From Candidatus Saccharimonadota bacterium (GTDB lineage: Bacteria; Pseudomonadota; Alphaproteobacteria; CAJXXZ01; 1604HC), in the NCBI RefSeq assembly GCF_008189405.1, contig NZ_CP043316.1:570001-602000 (forward strand): 32,000 bases of DNA, written 5' to 3'. Of this stretch, positions 8,734 to 17,000 are shown one piece after another (the stretch's first letter is position 1; every line of letters starts with the position of its first letter). The notes under the pieces were generated by a model. The model made no database searches. It was not told the origin of the DNA and saw only the letters and a program-made list of their open reading frames with translations. A program made the position numbers and the translations under genes.

Positions 8734-10407
8734 ATGAAATGTCATCGTAATATTTTAATTGTTGTTTTTTCGAGTTTTTTAATGTATGATTCCCCTCACG
8801 CTATGGGAGAAGAATTAAATAAAGATACAAATAATATGTGTGCATTTATAGTACAAGCTTTAGAAGGCGATGCTGTACAAAATAGATCAGATCTTGTGAA
8901 CATTCTTAAAGAAACATCTATGGTTATGTTAGAATTAGAAGAAATAAAAGGTAAATTAAGTGGATTATCTTCAAAATTAAGAGGATACGGGTTTGATGAT
9001 CATAAATCAGGAACGGAATCAGAGAAAAAATTAATAGCAAAAGAAGTAGAAGAATCAGTTGATAATCAAGAGAAAACTACTATTTGTGATGAGAATGCAC
9101 CTAATTGCGAATCACAGGAATCACAGGGATTAAGTGATAGTTCTGGTAGTAGCTCTTCAGGTAATACGAGCCCATCACATGATGAAATATCAGATTCTAA
9201 GCAACCAGAAACAGAGCTGGTAGTAGCATCTGAAACAAAAAAAGCAGATAGTCAAGAAACTACCAACTGTAATGAGAATACTACTACATTGCTAGATTCT
9301 AAGAAGGATGTTGCAAGTAGAGCTGTATTAGATGCTTCGACAGAATGTGATGACATAGAAGAACTTGATGCAAAATATAAATATACTAAACCAGAAGAAC
9401 CATATGCTGCATACTATACTACAATTCAGGAAGATATAGAAATATTAAAACACGAAATAATGACAACATATGTAGAAGCTGATAGCATAAAGCAAAAATT
9501 ACAATTGAACCAAAGAGTTGTTAGTATACCTGATCTAAGTAATGCTAGCCTTACTAGCTCTGTTCATGATGTACGTTTCAATGAAATTGATATATCAAAG
9601 ATGCATTATGATCCTAATCACTTTAGACTTCATACATTAGAGTTATACGATTGCACTGGCGTTTCATTGCCTCGTATAGATCTATATGACATTTTTCAAA
9701 TATCTATTATTAACCATTTAGGTTCTGAGATGAATGCAAGTGATTTTTTTATGTTACCTATAGATTTTAATCCTTCAGTAGTAAATATTATAAATAGCAA
9801 TTTAAGTGGTGTGTTTATGGGATTATCAAATACTGTATACAAATTGTTAACATTAAACATATCGCATAATGCACTTAAGAAATTTGAGAAATTCTCAGCA
9901 CCAAAATTACAAGTTTTGAATGGTAATGACAATTCATTTACAAATTTACCATTATATTTAGAAAACTTGCAATATTTATTTTTACAAAACAATCTTATTA
10001 ATAATATTGATTGTGATAATAGTTTGAAATCATTGAGAGTGCTAGATTTAAGTGGCAATAATCTTAGTACCCTGAATAGCAACATATTGAAAATTGGTTC
10101 AATTGCTCCTAATCTTGAAGAATTGCATATAAGTCATAATAAAATGGAAGGGTTTATAGATCTAGGGGATATCCCAAAACTAAGAATACTTAAAGCTTCT
10201 GATAACATCAGATTATCAATTAGATTTAATCGTAATATAGAATATATTGATGTTACTAATACTTACATCATGGAAGTTACTAACTGTCCAGCAGTAGCTT
10301 TCATTACATTTGAATATACCCCTAGCATGGTATCAAGCACTGTAATATCACGTACTGAATCACTTTTAAAATCAGATGAGTTTAAAAAAAAACTAATTGT
10401 GAATTAA
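8734..10407 (+). CDS. Secreted leucine-rich-repeat protein with an acidic/Ser-rich N-terminal half. Possibly the 5' part of a gene split at an A9 tract.
   Basis: Signal-peptide-like start MKCHRNILIVVFSSFLMYDSPHA. LRR consensus runs: LTLNISHNALKKF, LQVLNGNDNSFTNLP, LQYLFLQNNLINNI, LRVLDLSGNNLSTL, LEELHISHNKMEG. Confidence 0.75.
   Translation: MKCHRNILIVVFSSFLMYDSPHAMGEELNKDTNNMCAFIVQALEGDAVQNRSDLVNILKETSMVMLELEEIKGKLSGLSSKLRGYGFDDHKSGTESEKKLIAKEVEESVDNQEKTTICDENAPNCESQESQGLSDSSGSSSSGNTSPSHDEISDSKQPETELVVASETKKADSQETTNCNENTTTLLDSKKDVASRAVLDASTECDDIEELDAKYKYTKPEEPYAAYYTTIQEDIEILKHEIMTTYVEADSIKQKLQLNQRVVSIPDLSNASLTSSVHDVRFNEIDISKMHYDPNHFRLHTLELYDCTGVSLPRIDLYDIFQISIINHLGSEMNASDFFMLPIDFNPSVVNIINSNLSGVFMGLSNTVYKLLTLNISHNALKKFEKFSAPKLQVLNGNDNSFTNLPLYLENLQYLFLQNNLINNIDCDNSLKSLRVLDLSGNNLSTLNSNILKIGSIAPNLEELHISHNKMEGFIDLGDIPKLRILKASDNIRLSIRFNRNIEYIDVTNTYIMEVTNCPAVAFITFEYTPSMVSSTVISRTESLLKSDEFKKKLIVN
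10384..10392 (+). repeat. A9 homopolymer at the 3' end of the first LRR ORF; candidate slippage / frameshift site
   Basis: tttAAAAAAAAActaattgtgaattaa. One extra A places the upstream frame into the frame of ORF 10494..11498. That frame is open from 10386. Confidence 0.9.
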
Positions 10408-10493
10408 TAGACACGCTGAGCAGTGAAGAATCTGATGAAAGTGAAGAACTTGATGAAGATATAGAAAATATACAATTTCTAAAAAATGAGCTA

Positions 10494-11498
10494 ATGGTAA
10501 ATGGAAATAGTATTGGAAATCTTTATGTTGTACGTGGTTGCACAAAAGTAGTACTTAATGATATAAAATTGACAGGAAATAAGTTAAGTATTCTGGATAA
10601 AATTATTAGTATAAATGAGTTAAGATATCTTGATTTAGTGAATTGTGCTTTGACCAAGGCTTTACCTAATATATTTACTTTACAACTATTAGAATGCCTA
10701 TCTTTATCTAATAACAACTTATCAGAAATTGTAATAGCAAAAAAAACACTACCATGTTTAAGAAAGCTTGATTTATCTCGTAATAATTTATCAAAATTCA
10801 GTTGTAGGTTTCTACGACAAATAGAAGATTTGGATTTAAGTAGAAATAAAATTAGTGACCTTAAATATATAAAAAATATGAAAAATCTAGTTTCTTTAAA
10901 TATAGCTAATAATAATATAGATCAATTAGATGATATTGGCGATTTAGTTAATATAGAAATACTTAACTTTGTAAATAATCGTATTTCAAAATTACCATGC
11001 TTAGATGCTCTGCAAAAATTACGTGGATATTATGCACGTAATAATAGGTTTGCATGCATAGAAGAAACTTTCAAACCTATTCATAATATAATTTGTAGGA
11101 AAGTTCCAATAGGCGTAATATATAATCCAGATACTATGAGATATGTTGTGAAATATGGTTATCATCATACAATGAATGATGCTCTATATTACCTTCCCTA
11201 TGAGATGCATATTTGTGGTGGGGATGGAAAAGAATATGATGCAATAGAGAAAGTCTCACATACCGATGACGATAAGATATCTAAATTCAAAAAAGAATAT
11301 AGAGTTGGAATTCCCAATTATAATTCTAAACATAGAATGCAAATACATGGAAATGTAGATAAAGGGATATATGATTTCATTAGTCATTATGTAACTGTGG
11401 ATTGTGTGTATTGTGAAGTCAGTAGTACTAATAGACCCCCATCTAATTATGAAGATAATTTTCAAAACATGCAGAGATGCGCATGCTATGGCTATTAG
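10494..11498 (+). CDS. Leucine-rich-repeat protein with a Cys/His-rich non-LRR C-terminal domain. Possibly the 3' part of the split gene.
   Basis: LRR runs: LRYLDLVNCALTKALP, LECLSLSNNNLSEI, LRKLDLSRNNLSKF, IEDLDLSRNKISDL, LVSLNIANNNIDQL, IEILNFVNNRISKLP. No signal peptide. The frame is open 108 nt upstream of the ATG and encodes an acidic stretch (SSEESDESEELDEDIENIQFLKNEL). Confidence 0.72.
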   Translation: MVNGNSIGNLYVVRGCTKVVLNDIKLTGNKLSILDKIISINELRYLDLVNCALTKALPNIFTLQLLECLSLSNNNLSEIVIAKKTLPCLRKLDLSRNNLSKFSCRFLRQIEDLDLSRNKISDLKYIKNMKNLVSLNIANNNIDQLDDIGDLVNIEILNFVNNRISKLPCLDALQKLRGYYARNNRFACIEETFKPIHNIICRKVPIGVIYNPDTMRYVVKYGYHHTMNDALYYLPYEMHICGGDGKEYDAIEKVSHTDDDKISKFKKEYRVGIPNYNSKHRMQIHGNVDKGIYDFISHYVTVDCVYCEVSSTNRPPSNYEDNFQNMQRCACYGY

Positions 11499-11991
11499 AT
11501 TTGTTTATCATTAGTAATTATGCATCTTGATATTTATTCGTAATGTTTTTTATTATGCCTTATAATACCATTTTCAATTAATAAATTAAACTTAAGTTAC
11601 TTTGAATCGCAATCATTTATACCAGAAGATTAGATTAACTATATAAAAATATTAGATCTTTGAAGCAGTTGGTTGAAAGGTTTATACATATAATAAGATC
11701 ATAGTTAGTTAGGATAGCAATGAGAGAAGGGAATTATTTCTACTGCTAATAGTTATGACCATTTGATGTTATGACAATATATATCATCATAAGGTAAATG
11801 GATGGGATGAATAATTTAGAATATCTATACATTATGCTGCTTCGATTGCCTAAAAATGTATTTTCAATAATCTCAATTAATAAATCATAGTATTATATAC
11901 TATTATAAACTAATCCTATATATCAATAACGTAATAACATTTTTCTTAATATTATATAGGTTTGTTAAGTTTATGGATTAATACAGACACA

Positions 11992-12462
11992 TTATTGCAG
12001 GGATTTGATTTTTTCGTTTGAGATTGCATTTAGTTTCTCAATGTCTGAAGATTCTAGTTTTAACATGCCCTCTAATGCGTCCTTTGCACTGTTCATGAAG
12101 TCTCGCCCTCTAGCATTCTCCTTGTATTCTGCCCATCTTAAGAACAAGAAGTTTCCAAAGATCTCTCCCATCATGTCCTTATCACCTTCGTATCCATTCA
12201 GCAATTCCTCTGCTCTGTCAAACAAGTGTACGATATAATCCTCATGATCACGTTCCTTCGCAAGCTTAGCAGCTTCTTCTTTTCTTAATGCTGTAACAGC
12301 CTTGTCTCCATCAGATTTTGCATACCAGTCAGCATAATCCTTCTTGAAAAACTCAACGTCACCTCTACGCTCCTCCCCGGGATAATATGCTTGGAATTTT
12401 CGGTCTCCTCCTCCATTTCCAACTTTATAATAAAGCTTACTCCTAATAATTGCATTTAACAT
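11992..12462 (-). CDS. Stand-alone C-terminal module of the family (copy 2), with its own ribosome-binding site
   Basis: The 156 aa from ATG 12462 are identical to copy 1. AAGGAGG (12478..12472) lies 9 nt upstream of that ATG. The track's longer ORF (to 12498) adds 12 aa that overlap the upstream ORF. Confidence 0.65.
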   Translation of the reverse strand: MLNAIIRSKLYYKVGNGGGDRKFQAYYPGEERRGDVEFFKKDYADWYAKSDGDKAVTALRKEEAAKLAKERDHEDYIVHLFDRAEELLNGYEGDKDMMGEIFGNFLFLRWAEYKENARGRDFMNSAKDALEGMLKLESSDIEKLNAISNEKIKSLQ

Positions 12463-13327
12463 ACTTATCAGCCTCCTTAAAATGCTTTTGCATAGCATTC
12501 CCTACCTTGACAGTTCTAATTACATTCCAAGATGCATCCTGTCTAACAACCTCATCAAGCATGATTTTAAATTTCTCCAAGCCTTTTGCCGCCTCAACTG
12601 CCATCTTCTTTAACGCAATATGCTTTGCAATGTTTGTAAAATGTTCCTTGTCTTTTGATAGGGATTGTAAAATAGTTGCATTAACCTTTGCTGCTTCCGC
12701 TTTATCGCTCAGCATCGATAATCCTGGATTTTCTAGGTTGTACTCATATATTGAATTGTAGTACAAACTATGAGCTTCCAACCTATCTGATTCTAAGTCC
12801 CAATCAACTTCTAATGTTCCATTTTGAGACCTGTCAGCAAGATATACAGCATTTTTGAATACATCACCATCCATGTCATAGTTACCATACGCATCTGCTA
12901 ACTCCGCATAGCGAGTACTCTGCTTCATTATGTAAGAACGGGACTCATAAACGTATCGCAACATGGCATATTCAGTAGCTTGCTCATCCTTTAAATTATT
13001 TAGTTGTTCTTGCAACTCTTCTTCACTATATTTAGATAATGATTCTATGTATTCATCTTCATCATCTTGGTTAATCATTTGCATATATACGATTGATTTA
13101 CACTTATTATCTGTAAGATCTTTAACAACTTCTTTAGTTCCATCAAGTACAGTTTGATAAAACTCATCATCTCTACATTCTAAATTAGATTCCTCCAGCT
13201 CTATTGCTAAAGATTGATCAGATTTCTTCAAACAATATGCAAATTTACTTGTGCATTCCGTTAATTCTGGGCCATTTGCCATAACTGATAAGCATAATAC
13301 CAGCGATAAAATTCTTAGATTCTTCAT
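12443..13327 (-). CDS. Secreted protein, N-terminal part of the family: signal peptide, variable acidic segment and conserved core. Truncated relative to the 532-aa paralogue.
   Basis: MKNLRILSLVLCLSVMANG signal peptide. Residues 120-268 differ at only 5 of 149 positions from residues 116-264 of ORF 17156..18754. The ORF ends (KYVKCNY*) where the out-of-frame C-terminal module begins. Confidence 0.7.
   Translation of the reverse strand: MKNLRILSLVLCLSVMANGPELTECTSKFAYCLKKSDQSLAIELEESNLECRDDEFYQTVLDGTKEVVKDLTDNKCKSIVYMQMINQDDEDEYIESLSKYSEEELQEQLNNLKDEQATEYAMLRYVYESRSYIMKQSTRYAELADAYGNYDMDGDVFKNAVYLADRSQNGTLEVDWDLESDRLEAHSLYYNSIYEYNLENPGLSMLSDKAEAAKVNATILQSLSKDKEHFTNIAKHIALKKMAVEAAKGLEKFKIMLDEVVRQDASWNVIRTVKVGNAMQKHFKEADKYVKCNY
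12472..12478 (-). promoter_or_regulatory. Shine-Dalgarno sequence (AAGGAGG) for the stand-alone C-terminal module, embedded in the end of the upstream ORF
   Basis: Minus-strand sequence ttAAGGAGGctgataagtATGttaaat. Other genes in the window use comparable SD sites (aaggag, aggagg, aaggaga). Confidence 0.55.
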
Positions 13328-13384
13328 ATATCTCCCTTATAAATTGATTTATTATGTTATATTTACACCTAAATAACAAGAGAT
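13328..13384 (-). promoter_or_regulatory. Conserved 5' leader / promoter-proximal region and SD of family locus A
   Basis: Minus strand: atctcttgttatttaggtgtaaatataacataataaatcaatttataagggagatatATG. Locus B: atcttgttatttaaggatagatggaacataataagtcaatttataagggagatatATG. Confidence 0.5.
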
Positions 13385-13474
13385 TTTGCAGGAAAACCTA
13401 CCTGAAATAGGCATAATTTATATAATATTTAGGTAGCAATCTTATAGAGTGTACTATTTCTAATAATAATTATC

Positions 13475-14020
13475 CTAATCGAATATTTCTTCTTTTATCA
13501 CTTTCCCACCCATATCAAACTGCTTCCATATTCCTGATTTATTTCCATCTATGTATTGTCCAAATTCTAGAATATTAGATGATTTTGGGTGATATGTAAT
13601 AGAATTTCCGTAAAGTAAATCATCTTTATAATTCTCTTCTTTGACTAAATACCCTTTTCCAAATATGAAAAATGCTCCATGTTTTTTATTATCCTTATAT
13701 GCTCCTATTTGCGATAAATTACGATTCTCAAATATATACATAGCGCCATCTGGTTTTTCACCCTTATAGTTCATGATCAAACTTAATTCACCATTTTTAT
13801 AAATTTCTACAACTCCATCAATTTTCCCATCTTTATAATTGACTCTTTGTGCAATGGATCCATTTTTATAATATATGCTCTCTCCATTTCGCACGCCATC
13901 TTTCAATATATGCTTCTCAACAACTTTTCCATCAATCACAACTTCTTCAAATTGTTGCTCTGGAATTTCTTCAGTTTTACAGTTCAATTCATGCTTTTTT
14001 ATAATCTGCTCAATATTCAT
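13475..14020 (-). CDS. MORN-variant repeat protein (YwqK-like / MORN_2-type repeats), translationally coupled to vgrG
   Basis: Repeats of the Y-x-N/D-G-x-x-x-G type: YYKNGSIAQRVNYKDGKIDGVVEIYKNGELSLIMNYKGEKPDGAMYIF...AYKDNKKHGAFFIF...YKDDLLYGNSITY...YIDGNKSGIWKQF. No signal peptide. Its ATG overlaps the vgrG stop (cTAATGaat). Confidence 0.75.
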   Translation of the reverse strand: MNIEQIIKKHELNCKTEEIPEQQFEEVVIDGKVVEKHILKDGVRNGESIYYKNGSIAQRVNYKDGKIDGVVEIYKNGELSLIMNYKGEKPDGAMYIFENRNLSQIGAYKDNKKHGAFFIFGKGYLVKEENYKDDLLYGNSITYHPKSSNILEFGQYIDGNKSGIWKQFDMGGKVIKEEIFD

Positions 14021-17000
14021 TAGTTTAAATTCACCATTCCTGCTTTTATATTAATCATTGCTGATGCTTCAATATCTGCTGTTGTATCACTTTTTAGCGC
14101 CACAATTCCTCCTTTTAAGTTTAAATTACCCCCAGCTTCCAAAGTTAGGTTTCCTCCAGATTTAATTGTAAAATTGCTAGATGCCTTATATGTAATCTGA
14201 TTTGCTTCAATTTCCATATTTCCTCCTGAGATTTTGATAGTATGATTTCCACTATTAATCGTTATATCTTTGTTCCCGGAAATTTCTTCTTTACTATTAC
14301 CATTCCCTAGATTTATTTCCATATTCCCTTTAGAAATTTCGATATTCATATTTCCATCCTGAAGTGTAATTTCTTTATTTCCCTTGTTTAAATCTAATTT
14401 ATAATTACCTTCCTCAATTTTCGTAATCATATCTCCATTTTTGAGCTCAGTGAGGAAATGCTTCGCTTCCTCTGATTCTAATTTAATCTCTTTGTTCCCT
14501 TTTTTGATGATTAATATATCATTTCCTTCTCCATCTGTAGGTTCATCTTCCCCAGACAATTCTACCTTTCGATCTCCACGCCCAATAATCAATTCTGAAG
14601 ATCCAGTTTGAATTGTAGAGCTTTTACCATCTTTAATAATTTCCTCATAATCTTTCTCAGCATGCAAAAATATTTTTTCTTCATTTGCTTTGTCCTCAAA
14701 GCTAAATTCATTGAATCCACGCTCTTCGCCTTCTTCAACATCTTTTAGCGATTCTGTTTTTAGGCCAGTTTTCGAAATAACATCTTCAGTTTCAACCAGA
14801 TTATACGGTGGCATTGTAGTTCTATTATATAAGCACCCTGTAATAATTGGGTAATTTGGATTCCCATTTTCGAATGAAATTACAACTTCTTGCCCTATAC
14901 GAGGAACAAAAAATCCTCCCCATTCATTTCCAGCGCCTCCCCATTGCGCAACACGAATCCATACAGCTTGCTGCAGCATCTCTCCATTACTCAAATTCTT
15001 TCTCCCATTATCCCAATGGAAATAAACTTTCACTTGCCCTAGGTGATTTGTATAGATTTTCTGATCCTCTCCACCAACAACAATTCCTGTCTGAATTCCT
15101 GCAATTTTCCTGTATGGCTCAGGTTTGACTTTAAATGGTTGATCAATTTTCGAAAACACGGCGCTATTTTCATAGTGTAAAACCATATCATCCAAATCTA
15201 CAGTAGCATCATCCATATTTTTATCCACAGCCTGATATTCTAATTTATGAGAAACTCGCTTTACATAATACTGCCCATTCATCTCAATATCTGGGTGATG
15301 CGTAAGAACAAACTTGTATCCAGGGCTAACTTCCTGACGAAAAGTTTTTGTATGATATTCTGTCTCACTTGTATCTGCATGTTGATTGCATATTCCATTA
15401 TATTCTTTCACTTTTTGATCTGAGGTAAATGTTTCGCTATAATGATCATCCACATCGCTAGCAGAACTCTCTGATGAATTTGCCCCAGAGGAATTTTCAA
15501 CTTCATGAATTATATTGCGCTTTTCAGGGTCAAGATCTGGGTTGAATCCTTGAAGTTGGGTGGAATTAGGGGCATATTTATGTGCAACATTCCATTGCGA
15601 GATATATTTATCGTTACGACCCTCCAATCCAGTTGTTGTATAATGCAAAGGACGAGAATCGGTGAATGGGTCGGACATATCAAAAACTTTTGAAACAGCT
15701 CCATCTTCTACAGCCCCTTTCCCCTTAGATTGCGATTCAGCAACAATTTGCGTGTCAAAACCATCGTCGAAAATACTCATTTCTCCACTTTGTACGGAAG
15801 TATAGGCGTTCGCTCCTTTGGAGGCTAACTCTCCTGTGGGGCTATAGTTTTCAATGGCATTTTCATACCCTAAATATGTTTTATATGGCGAGGGAGATGA
15901 GGAAGCAGAAGGAGAAACACTACCTGATTCATCAGCAATTTCTGCACCATCTCCAGAATTAAACCCAGCCAAATCATCTTCCTCTTCCTCGTCATCCGCA
16001 TCATAGTTAGCATCTGCACTATCTGACACATCTGCTCCCTGAGGATTATTATAAAACACAATCCCTGTATGCACGTCCGTATGCTCAAAACAATAATAAA
16101 CCCCAAAATCCCTACACAACCGATTCAATAACTCCCAATCCGTCTCCTCATACTGCACTATATATTCAGGAAAATCCTCCTGTTCACTCTTAGCAAAATT
16201 TGTCTGATCATCATAATTCAAATATTTACTCCTTGGATTCTCAATCGCAGCCATACGATATTGTGCATCCAAAATACTCATATTAATATCAATAATTACC
16301 TTATCATAATGATTATCATGCTGGTCATTCTTTGCCTCAAATTCATCTATTTGAATTTCATAATCATCTGATTGTGATTCATAATTTCCATGTATGGCAA
16401 CTAATTCTGAAGTTCTATCTTTTGATTTTTCATCTTTTAAAGTTATATTATTTTTCTTTATTAATCTTTCAATAATATTTGCCATTAATTTTGACTTGTT
16501 AAATATGATATCTTGATTTTGCTCAACTGGTGCGTCATCTACAGATGGATAGAAAATACGATTACGTTTTGTGCCTAATTTAAATTGCATTTCAGGAATC
16601 ATGCTAAACCCATAAACATAATATTGCTCTTCCTTAGTTGGGGTTTTTATTCCTAAATATGTCCATTCATTGATTATTCCATGCCAATATTTTCTATCAA
16701 TATTTGGCTTGCCAACACTTAAGCCCATGTGCATTTTTTTACTAATCATATTTGGTTTTTTCTCAAAAAATGCAACTTCTCCTTGAATAAAGAATGGTTG
16801 AGATAACCCTTCCTCTATATTAACTTTATAAACTCTCCCTAAATGACGTTTATATCTTCTATCTTCATCAGTTTTAGGTTGCCATTGATCATAACCTAAG
16901 GTCGCTAATCCAATCATTTCAAAATCAGAATTATCTTCAACCTTTTGGTTATGCTTATAAGTATTATTATAATCTTCTTCTAAGGTATAATCTTTTTTTT

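Larger units (their letters stand above)
11945..13384 (-). repeat. Family locus A. An inverted duplicate of locus B (17101..18763); its 3' ~0.5 kb is also an inverted copy of 19..537.
   Basis: Leader, signal peptide, core and C-terminal module all align with locus B on the opposite strand. The last 519 nt align with 19..537. Confidence 0.88.

Noticed and set aside
14020-14620. Repetitive GN-x-EI/GGN-L units at the VgrG C-terminus, considered as a tandem DNA repeat or contingency locus.
   Set aside because: The units are degenerate at nucleotide level and match the expected beta-helical spike repeats of VgrG/gp5. This is a protein structural repeat, not a slippage-prone DNA repeat.
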